This document shows, piece by piece, positions 56,685 to 64,000 of a stretch of 64,000 nt of DNA. This DNA comes from an uncultured Bacteroidota bacterium. Its GTDB lineage: Bacteria; Bacteroidota; Bacteroidia; Chitinophagales; LD1. The notes beneath the pieces were generated by a model that saw only the letters and a list, made by a program, of their open reading frames with translations, ran no database searches and had not been told where the DNA came from. The stretch spans positions 13,537 to 77,536 of the forward strand of contig CAIXGR010000007.1 in the NCBI GenBank assembly GCA_903919075.1, in the 5' to 3' direction. Positions within the stretch are counted from its first letter, which is position 1, and every line of letters starts with the position of its first letter. Both the position numbers and the translations under genes were made by a program.

Positions 56685-57521
56685 CTATTGATGCGTAATA
56701 AAAACAGGAATATTTACTTCTTGTATAACCTTAGTAGATAAACTTTGATGGAAAAGCCTTGAAAGCGTATTTTTTCCATAAGCCCCCATTACTACTATAG
56801 CATTTTCGCCTTTAATTTTTAAGTATTTCACCAGTTCCTCCTGGGCATTTCCATTCAATACATCAAAGTTGGCATTTTTAAAATGGGTATGCACAAGGTC
56901 TTTAAAGTTAAACCCGTTTTTAACGTGGTTCGATGATTTTTCATTCACGCTTATAATGGTAGTTTTCAAATCGTCAAGTTCTGGAAAAAGATAGCTGAAC
57001 ATTTTAATAGCGTATAGGCTTGAGGGGCTCCCATCATAACACAAAACGGCCTTATCAAAAAAAGTATAGTTATGCGGCACTATAAGAACCGGACAATGCG
57101 AATCGGCAAGAAAATCTTTTAAAAAAGGGCTGGGATTTTTATCACCCAAAGTAAAAAAGCTTGTGTGTGAATCAATAATAATAAGGTCTGAAAAAGCACT
57201 TTCATTTAGCAGTTCCTGCAATGGAACTCCCTTGTCAAAATGCACTTTATGATTAACCCCTTTTTCATCGCAAGCGCGTTGAAAAAGCTTAATGTTTAAA
57301 TCAATCTTTTCTTTTTCATCCTTTTGCGAAGCCTCTATCGAACTAAAATCAATAAATGGCTGGTCCCAAGCATAAGCATAAGTAAAATTCAAATAGCGCA
57401 TATCCTGAATAAATACTCCAACCAAAAGTGAGTTAGTGGCCTTCGCTATTTCAATAGCATATTTCGATGCTCCTTCAGAGTATTTGGTTCCATCAAATGC
57501 GGCTAATATTTTTTTGCTCAT
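56685..57521 (-). CDS. Tandem universal stress protein (UspA family)
   Basis: 278 aa with two Usp halves. The C-terminus IVVMGAYGKNTLSRLFHQSLSTKVIQEVNIPVFITH is the typical G-x2-G-x9-G(S/T) ATP motif region. Confidence 0.8.
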   Translation of the reverse strand: MSKKILAAFDGTKYSEGASKYAIEIAKATNSLLVGVFIQDMRYLNFTYAYAWDQPFIDFSSIEASQKDEKEKIDLNIKLFQRACDEKGVNHKVHFDKGVPLQELLNESAFSDLIIIDSHTSFFTLGDKNPSPFLKDFLADSHCPVLIVPHNYTFFDKAVLCYDGSPSSLYAIKMFSYLFPELDDLKTTIISVNEKSSNHVKNGFNFKDLVHTHFKNANFDVLNGNAQEELVKYLKIKGENAIVVMGAYGKNTLSRLFHQSLSTKVIQEVNIPVFITHQ

Positions 57522-57708
57522 AATTTTTTTGATTTAAATCTGTTCTTAATCGCCAGTCCCTTTAGCTATAAAACTACAAACAAATTTAACTTATTGGTGC
57601 CAAAATCAATTATGACATTGGTCAATATATTAAACGGAAAATGCTATTTATTATGATAATAAACCGGTCAAATGATTATTTTCGACACTTTTTGAAGGAA
57701 AGCACGAT

Positions 57709-58218
57709 ATGGCAAAACATGATATAAGCAAATTTAAGCGCAGGGCTTACCGTAAAAAGAAGGAGTTAACCTCATTTTTGCGCAAGGTTGGAAATTCCAA
57801 AATAAAGGGAATATTAAAAGCCGTAGCCGAGGCTGAAAAAGAAGTGTGGAAAGAGGTGAACTGTACCAAATGCGCCAATTGTTGTAAAACAATGACGCCT
57901 ACGTACACTCGCCGCGATATCAACCGCATCTCGAAGCATTTTAATATGACTTACGATGAGTTCTATGATAAGTGGCTTCAAAAAGATGAAAACAAGGATA
58001 TTGTAAATCAATCTAGACCCTGTCAGTTTTTGGGTAAGGATGACAGATGCACAATTTATGCCATAAGGCCAACTGATTGTGCCGAGTTTCCGCATTTGAA
58101 CCGGAAAGATTTCCGCTATCAGGCCAAGTCTAAAATCTATAACCAGAATTTACCTTTATGCCCTGCTACGTTGGTTCTTGTTGAAAAACTAAAGCTGGCT
58201 ATTGAAGCCGATTTGTAA
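57709..58218 (+). CDS. YkgJ-family (UPF0153) cysteine-cluster protein
   Basis: CTKCANCC and CQFLGKDDRCTIYAIRPTDC motifs. Confidence 0.8.
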   Translation: MAKHDISKFKRRAYRKKKELTSFLRKVGNSKIKGILKAVAEAEKEVWKEVNCTKCANCCKTMTPTYTRRDINRISKHFNMTYDEFYDKWLQKDENKDIVNQSRPCQFLGKDDRCTIYAIRPTDCAEFPHLNRKDFRYQAKSKIYNQNLPLCPATLVLVEKLKLAIEADL

Positions 58219-58336
58219 AATTTGTTTTTATTCCCGCTCTCAAGAGGGGAGTGTGTTTGCCTTTAGGGGCAGGGGTGTGTGAGAAAAGTTAAATTAAAAA
58301 GAGGAAAATATATTTATTTCACAACAGATTAGCACC

Positions 58337-59698
58337 ATGAAATACTATAACAATATTGTAGAAACGATAGGAAGAACCCCACTGGTAAAACTTAACCGGA
58401 TTACGAAGGATATACCTGGCCTGTTTCTTGCCAAGGTGGAATATTTTAATCCGGGTAACTCTATTAAAGATAGAATAGGGATTAAAATGGTAGAAGATGC
58501 CGAAAAGTCTGGCAAACTTAAACCCGGTGGAACCATTATTGAATGTACATCGGGCAACACAGGTATGGGCCTGGCATTAGCAGCTGTAACCCGCGGTTAC
58601 AAATGTATTTTTACTACTACCGATAAACAGTCAAAGCAAAAGCTGGATATACTACGTGCATTAGGTGCCGAAGTAATTGTATGTCCTACCAATGTCGAAC
58701 CGGAAGACCCACGATCATACTATTCAATAGCTAAGCGTTTAGCAAATGAAATTCCTAACTCCATTCACATGAACCAGTACGATAACCTAAGCAATCGTGC
58801 TGCGCATTATGAAAGTACCGGCCCCGAAATTTGGGAACAGACTGAAGGTAAAGTAACCCACTACGTTACAACTATAGGCACCGGTGGCACTGTAATGGGT
58901 GTGGCTATGTATTTAAAAGAGAAGAATCCTAAAATACAGGTTTATGGTATTGATGTTTACGGCTCATTGCTCAAAAAATTTCATGATACCGGTGAGCTAG
59001 ATACTAAAGAAGTATACCCATATGTAACCGAAGGCATAGGAGAAGATTTTGTGCCGCAGAATTACGACATGAAATACATTGACCACATTGAACAGGTTAC
59101 TGATAAAGATGGAGCACTAATGGCCCGTCGCTTAGCTAAAGAAGAAGGACTGTTTTGTGGTTACAGCGCCGGCACAGTAATGCAGGGCTTATTGCAAATA
59201 AAAGATAAGTTTAAAAAAGATGATGTAGTTGTTATTATTCTACACGATCACGGTAGCCGCTACTTAGCCAAAATTTATAATGATGATTGGATGCGCGAAC
59301 GTGGTTTTTTAGTGGGCGAAGTAGTAACAGCAAAAACTATTATTGAACGCAAACAAATTCGCGAATTGGTAGCTGCTAATCCTAAAGAAAGTGTTGCCTC
59401 TGTATTCAAAAAAATGAAGGAACTTCACATTACCCAGTTACCGGTAATGGAAGGAGAGAAGAACACCGGTAGTATTACAGAGCATAAAATTTTGCAATTG
59501 CTGATTGATAACCCCAACCACCGCGATGATGAAGTAAGCAAAATTATGGGTAAGCCTTTCCCTTTTGTTGACCTTAATGCTACCGCTACCGATATTTCTA
59601 AGCATATTTCTAAAGACAATACAGCTGTATTAGTAAAAGCAAATTCAGGCGCGTTTCATATTATTACCGAGTTTGATTTGATTGAGGCGATGGCGTAA
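58337..59698 (+). CDS. Cystathionine beta-synthase-like PLP enzyme (CysK/CBS fold plus tandem CBS domains)
   Basis: The PLP lysine region is NPGNSIKDR, with TSGNTG and a G-rich loop GTGGT. The C-terminal roughly 120 aa form a CBS pair. Confidence 0.85.
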   Translation: MKYYNNIVETIGRTPLVKLNRITKDIPGLFLAKVEYFNPGNSIKDRIGIKMVEDAEKSGKLKPGGTIIECTSGNTGMGLALAAVTRGYKCIFTTTDKQSKQKLDILRALGAEVIVCPTNVEPEDPRSYYSIAKRLANEIPNSIHMNQYDNLSNRAAHYESTGPEIWEQTEGKVTHYVTTIGTGGTVMGVAMYLKEKNPKIQVYGIDVYGSLLKKFHDTGELDTKEVYPYVTEGIGEDFVPQNYDMKYIDHIEQVTDKDGALMARRLAKEEGLFCGYSAGTVMQGLLQIKDKFKKDDVVVIILHDHGSRYLAKIYNDDWMRERGFLVGEVVTAKTIIERKQIRELVAANPKESVASVFKKMKELHITQLPVMEGEKNTGSITEHKILQLLIDNPNHRDDEVSKIMGKPFPFVDLNATATDISKHISKDNTAVLVKANSGAFHIITEFDLIEAMA

Positions 59699-59737
59699 AA
59701 ATGATGTCGCCAAAGTTGTTTAACCGAACTCAGTTTT

Positions 59738-60328
59738 TTACCTGTCGATCCATCTTAGCACATTGCTCGATGGCCGTCTTTTCTTTTTCCGTTCAACATA
59801 TTCTTTTATTTTCTCTGCATCCTTAGCATTTGGTTGTAGTTTTAAATATTCTTCATAGCATTCAAACATCCTCTCGGTCTCAGCGTATGTGAGCCCGTCT
59901 TTTTTTAATAAGTTTGAATAACATGTGCCAATAAACCAATTGGCGCTATAATATTGTCCACTTTCTTTGTTAAGCAGTGTTAGCGCTTTTTCGAACCTTG
60001 AAATTGCCTGTTTATCTTGCTCAGCATAAAAGTTACCAATTCCACTATACCAAATGGCGGCTACATCAATCGAGTCTATAGCTAATACTTCAACAAAAAT
60101 TTTTTCAGCGTCTGAAAATCTTTTTTGTTTAACTAGAGATAAACCCAGTTGGCATTGATATATTAAATTAGTCGGATTCGCTTTTATGCCATCACTAAAA
60201 GTTTGTTCGGCTTTATCAAACTCATTATTATTAAGGTAAGTATTCCCTTTTTCCAAATAGGTATCTTGCCCGAAAGCAATCGTAAAGTTTACAAGCGTTA
60301 GTAGTATTACAAATATTAGTTGTCTCAT
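59738..60328 (-). CDS. Secreted TPR-repeat protein
   Basis: Signal peptide (ILLTLVNFTIAFGQ) and 3-4 TPR-like repeats. Confidence 0.65.
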   Translation of the reverse strand: MRQLIFVILLTLVNFTIAFGQDTYLEKGNTYLNNNEFDKAEQTFSDGIKANPTNLIYQCQLGLSLVKQKRFSDAEKIFVEVLAIDSIDVAAIWYSGIGNFYAEQDKQAISRFEKALTLLNKESGQYYSANWFIGTCYSNLLKKDGLTYAETERMFECYEEYLKLQPNAKDAEKIKEYVERKKKRRPSSNVLRWIDR

Positions 60329-60479
60329 TTTTTTATTTGTCTTTAGTCAAACTAGAATAAACTTCCTTGCTTACGTCATCAGGTTTTTTGGGTAAAAAAT
60401 TGTCAATCCGGCCAACTGTCAACCCATCCTCATTTTCCATTCTCATAATAAATTAATTATCAATAATTTATAAAAAAAT

Positions 60480-60562
60480 ATGGTTGACAGTTGACACTCT
60501 AAAAATTGAGTCATTGATAATCAATATATTAATCAGTGAAAGTGTCAACCGTTGTCAACCAT
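60480..60562 (+). repeat. Composite palindromic intergenic element, copy C core
   Basis: The core reads ATGGTTGACAGTTGACAC (60480-97), 15 nt, ATTGATAATCAAT (60513-25), 16 nt, then GTGTCAACCGTTGTCAACCAT (60542-62). Confidence 0.85.
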
Positions 60563-60887
60563 AACTGGCTATGCGTTTTTATTTACTCTAAAATACTGCA
60601 TTACCGGTTGGCTATTAAATTCACCTTACAAAAATAAAATTTATTTTTTTGAGATAAAATTTATTATTTATATAATTAAGGATCTCAAGAGAAAGGCTAT
60701 GCCATCGCTCCACGCATCTAATTATCTGTATTCCCTTCTCTACACGAAGCGTGGAGAAGGGGTGAGTCACCGGGAGGTCGCAACTATAGCGCAACTTTAA
60801 CCGGTCCGCAAAGACTTACTAGGTTTGCTTATCCTCGTGCATTTAGCTATATTTACTATGCAAAATTTCAATGCATAAACCGGAATT

Positions 60888-61397
60888 ATGAAAACAAATC
60901 TATTAATAGTTTCATTAGTCATTCTTACTGGAGCCGTATATGCGCAAGGCACTCTTCAATTCAACCAGGTATTATTAATCAATTCAGCAACTCCACAGCA
61001 AGTTCCTAACGGAAAGGTATGGAAGGTAGAAAGCGCTTTGTTCTCGAATGAAACCTATGTAATCTACTCATCTTCACAAGGTGGAAGCTGCTCTTGTGGC
61101 CAGGGTAATGCGGCATATTTATATGCCTATGCTTCAATAGCTGCTTTAGCTACAGGCAACTTAACTATTAACGGCACCACATATAATTATACTTCTGGTG
61201 GCACTATGTGGCTGCCCGCCGGTACCTCTTTAGCTTCTGTAACAATTAGTACGCCCCCGCAGCAATCCACACCCGCCACCGGATGTTATGACAACTACTA
61301 TATCAGCGGTGTTTATCAAGGCTGCGGTCCTTATACTCCCCCAACAGCAACAATTACCAGTATAGTAAGCGTAATTGAGTTTAATATCGTTCCGTAA
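60888..61397 (+). CDS. Hypothetical secreted protein
   Basis: Signal peptide (LLIVSLVILTGAVYAQ). S/T/G/Y-rich. No recognisable motif. Confidence 0.5.
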   Translation: MKTNLLIVSLVILTGAVYAQGTLQFNQVLLINSATPQQVPNGKVWKVESALFSNETYVIYSSSQGGSCSCGQGNAAYLYAYASIAALATGNLTINGTTYNYTSGGTMWLPAGTSLASVTISTPPQQSTPATGCYDNYYISGVYQGCGPYTPPTATITSIVSVIEFNIVP

Positions 61398-61634
61398 TTT
61401 TCCTAGTAGTTTATTGGTTTAATAATGCATTGGCTCTAACCTGAACCCACAGATTCCATAAGGTTATTCACACCTTACGTTTTGCCCACATGTTCCGTAA
61501 GTGCTCTCTTTATCCACGTAATCCACTGTCAACCAGCCCTCAGCTATTAAAGTGGACAGTCGCTCATTTTTACTGTTTCTATGTTAATAACGTTGTTGAT
61601 AAAGCAGGTATTTTTGTGGATAAAATATAGAAAT

Positions 61635-62012
61635 ATGAAAACAGTATTAAAAATAAGTGCTTGCGTTTTGTTTACCGCCTTCGGTTTCTCAAATTCACAG
61701 GCACAAGCTTTAGCAAGTCTTTCATCCGAAGTAACAGTGCCTAGTAAGCCTGCCGCTAATACCGAAATGACTATTATTTTAAAAAACAGTGCTGAAAAGC
61801 CCGTTATTATTTTTGCCGGCCCCAAAGAAGGAATCAGGGACCCCAAAGTAAGAACAGTAGGTGGTTTAAGCAAAAACACGCTTTACTTACAAAGTAATGA
61901 TGTTGTTTGCCTTATGGATCGCGAACCTAAGGCTATGGCCTGCACAGTTATAAAACCCGGCATTAGCTCGGTTGAGGTAAATGTTTCAGCCACCACTATT
62001 TCCAGTAAATAG
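61635..62012 (+). CDS. Hypothetical secreted protein
   Basis: The start is set at the internal Met with a signal peptide (MKTVLKISACVLFTAFGFSNSQAQA). 125 aa. Confidence 0.5.
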   Translation: MKTVLKISACVLFTAFGFSNSQAQALASLSSEVTVPSKPAANTEMTIILKNSAEKPVIIFAGPKEGIRDPKVRTVGGLSKNTLYLQSNDVVCLMDREPKAMACTVIKPGISSVEVNVSATTISSK

Positions 62013-62040
62013 CTTAACAAAATACTTGTCGTTTTAAAAC

Positions 62041-62075
62041 AGCCACTGCATACAGCAGTGGCTCTTCTGTTTTAT
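62041..62075 (+). terminator. Putative rho-independent terminator
   Basis: AGCCACTGC ATACA GCAGTGGCT followed by CTTCTGTTTTATC. Confidence 0.55.
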
Positions 62076-62099
62076 CTTCGTGCATTTTAAATGCGCTAC

Positions 62100-64000
62100 A
62101 TGAAATATGCTTCCTTGTTTGCTCTGGTTTTCACCATCTGTTTTGTGCGTTGGTTATCTCAGGTACATTACAAACCTCTGAATGGTTTTGGCAAAGAATC
62201 CCTGTACGAAAGTCCCGATAATCTTAATGGTGCTGCAGCCTATGAATATTACAGGCAAAGGAATCCAGCCACTGGAGAAATCCCCGTCAATATTCGTAAA
62301 AACGAATTAGCCTTTGCCGCTACTTTGCCAAAATATAATGAAGCTGAGCGAAGCATACAATGGCAAAACCGGGGCCCCTATAATTTAGGGGGTAGAACAA
62401 GGGCGCTTGCTTTAGATGTAACTAACGAGAATATTATTTTGGCAGGCCAGGTAACCGGAGGCATGTGGCGGAGTGATGATGGTGGTGCGCACTTTACTCA
62501 AACTACTCAACCCCAGCAATTGCATTCCAGCACTTGCATAGCTCAGGATAAGCGAGTTGTGCATACCAATGTGTGGTACTATGGCACCGGCGAGCAATAT
62601 GGGGTGGTAAATGCAGCGGGGTTCTCATCTCAATTTGCAGGCGATGGTATTTTTAAATCAACCGATGGTGGACATACATGGGCGCAGCTTCCCTCAACTG
62701 TTACTCCTGATGTTCCCAACCCATTATATCAGGCGAGAAGCTTCAACTTTGTATGGCAAATGGTAACCGACTCTACCGATGCTAACCATGATGTAGTGTA
62801 TGCTGCAGTTGTAAACGGTATATGGCGCAGCGCCGACGGTGGTAATTCATGGGCACCTGTATTAGGATTAGATACTGCGGCAAGTTCTGGTATTTCTTTA
62901 TACAGCGATATAGCAATAACATCTACCGGTGTTTTATATGCCACAATTTCAAGCGAAACGCCAAGCAAAGGAATTTACCGCAGCACAGATGGAATAAACT
63001 GGACAAAAATAACACCGCCTTCTTTTCCAACTTTCTATAATAGAATTGAAATTGGAATTGCACCAAGCGACGAGTCACAGCTATACATTATTGCAGAAAC
63101 ACCTAGCTATGGGCCTACACATCATACCCTTTGGCATTACAAATATTTATCAGGTGATGGCTCAGGTGCCGGTGGCCAATGGAGCAACCGCAGCCCTAAC
63201 ATTCCTGATGATCATTGCCTCGGGTATTTTAGTTTCGATTTCCGTAAATATAATTCTCAAAATTCATACGATATGTTTATTGCAGTTCATCCTAAAGATA
63301 CCAATGTGGTTTTTTTGGGTGGAACAGACCTGTATCGTTCCTGGAACGGCTTCACTACTAACTATTACGATTGGATTGGCGGTTATCAATGCGACTCATC
63401 GCACCTGTCAGATTATGTTTACCCCAATCACCATCCCGATCAGCACCGGCTTATATTTTCCCCCTCCAATCCGGCACTCGCTTATTCAGCTACCGATGGG
63501 GGAATTATGAAAACATATAGCACTTTGTCTGATGTGGTCACTTGGCAGCCTTTGAATAATAATTATAACACCGGCCAATTTTATACTTGTGCCATTGAAC
63601 CGGGTAATACCAATAGCCAGGTAATAGTAGGGGGCCTGCAGGATAACGGCACTTATTTTACCGGTGCTGTAGATTATACAGCTCCGTGGACACGGGTTTT
63701 GTACGGAGATGGAACCTATTGCGCTATTACACATAACCGTACCAACTATTATTTAAGTTGGGATGAGGGACGGGTATATAAAATGACAATTACCGATAGT
63801 GGAACGGTAACCGGTTTTTCGCGTATGGACCCCACGGGTGCCGGTAGTAACTATATTTTTGTTGCCCCTATGATTCTGGACCCGCTAAATGATACAATTA
63901 TGTATCTGGCTGTCGGAAAGTCAATCTGGCGAAATGATTCATTAACGGCTATTCCAATTACCGGTAATGAATACAGCACTATTTCGCAAGGTTGGAAAAT
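62100..64000 (+). CDS. BNR/Asp-box (sortilin/VPS10- or GH74-like) beta-propeller protein, 3'-truncated by the window edge
   Basis: This ORF is absent from the ORF track because no stop is reached. I translated 62100-64000 codon by codon and found no stop. It has an N-terminal hydrophobic signal (MKYASLFALVFTICF) and Asp-boxes WRSDDGGAHF, FKSTDGGHTW, WRSADGGNSW and YRSTDGINW. Confidence 0.85.
   Translation, partial: MKYASLFALVFTICFVRWLSQVHYKPLNGFGKESLYESPDNLNGAAAYEYYRQRNPATGEIPVNIRKNELAFAATLPKYNEAERSIQWQNRGPYNLGGRTRALALDVTNENIILAGQVTGGMWRSDDGGAHFTQTTQPQQLHSSTCIAQDKRVVHTNVWYYGTGEQYGVVNAAGFSSQFAGDGIFKSTDGGHTWAQLPSTVTPDVPNPLYQARSFNFVWQMVTDSTDANHDVVYAAVVNGIWRSADGGNSWAPVLGLDTAASSGISLYSDIAITSTGVLYATISSETPSKGIYRSTDGINWTKITPPSFPTFYNRIEIGIAPSDESQLYIIAETPSYGPTHHTLWHYKYLSGDGSGAGGQWSNRSPNIPDDHCLGYFSFDFRKYNSQNSYDMFIAVHPKDTNVVFLGGTDLYRSWNGFTTNYYDWIGGYQCDSSHLSDYVYPNHHPDQHRLIFSPSNPALAYSATDGGIMKTYSTLSDVVTWQPLNNNYNTGQFYTCAIEPGNTNSQVIVGGLQDNGTYFTGAVDYTAPWTRVLYGDGTYCAITHNRTNYYLSWDEGRVYKMTITDSGTVTGFSRMDPTGAGSNYIFVAPMILDPLNDTIMYLAVGKSIWRNDSLTAIPITGNEYSTISQGWK

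Noticed and set aside
6310-60562. Copies A and C are inverted relative to each other and 54 kb apart. This could suggest a composite transposon or a large invertible segment.
   Set aside because: The interior is core housekeeping (purL, yidC, secDF, ribBA, lysC, fbp). No transposase or recombinase is present. A third copy lies inside the segment. The copies show block-wise conservation with diverged spacers rather than near-identity. A dispersed regulatory or structural repeat fits better.
60552-60800. An 82-aa ORF in the supplied track.
   Set aside because: It has a non-ATG start. It lies across sequence that is conserved as nucleotide sequence, in inverted orientation, upstream of the susC-like gene, where no equivalent ORF exists. 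Its composition is low-complexity. It is most likely non-coding leader.
61511-61622. DnaA-box-like 9-mers: TTATCCACG at 61511-19 and a perfect TGTGGATAA at 61614-22.
   Set aside because: One perfect 9-mer in 64 kb on both strands is about what chance predicts. There is no cluster of boxes, no AT-rich DNA-unwinding element, and no dnaA or dnaN context.
1-64000. A search by eye for tRNA or rRNA genes, CRISPR arrays, IS elements, integrases, phage or defence gene signatures.
   Set aside because: None was found: no T-loop GGTTCGAAT-type motifs outside CDSs, no regularly spaced direct repeats, and no transposase-like ORFs. A computational scan (tRNAscan-SE, Infernal, ISEScan, DefenseFinder) would be needed to confirm the absence.

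Overview
This 64-kb chromosomal window has the hallmarks of a Bacteroidota genome (Sphingobacteriia/Chitinophagia-like). It is AT-rich, carries a SusC/SusD pair, four T9SS C-terminal sorting-domain proteins and SprB repeats, and some genes sit behind TAnnTTTG-type -7 boxes. Coding density is high and most genes are housekeeping or envelope functions: accC, nth, purL, yidC, secDF, ribBA, fbp, lysC, cystathionine beta-synthase, an LptF/G-PAP2-ArnT-like operon, and a glycosyltransferase/flippase set. I found no rRNA, tRNA, CRISPR array, transposase, integrase, phage gene or recognisable defence system. One long ORF is missing from the supplied track because it runs off the 3' edge: a BNR/Asp-box protein at 62100 to beyond 64000. 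The least ordinary signal is non-coding. A polar composite palindromic element of about 200 nt occurs three times (about 6130-6392 inverted, 34197-34345, 60480-60690), always in a divergent intergenic region. Its arms and a central 13-nt palindrome are almost perfectly conserved, the spacers have diverged, and in one copy both arms have changed together. Second-tier observations are a roughly 500-bp gene-free stretch between convergent genes that looks like a structured sRNA locus (about 51405-51700), a translationally coupled LptF/G-PAP2-GT-C operon, and an uncharacterised polytopic membrane protein placed divergently to a Wzx-like flippase. Several small palindromes and repeats lie in promoter regions. 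All functional calls rest on motifs I could read in the translations. No database search was run.
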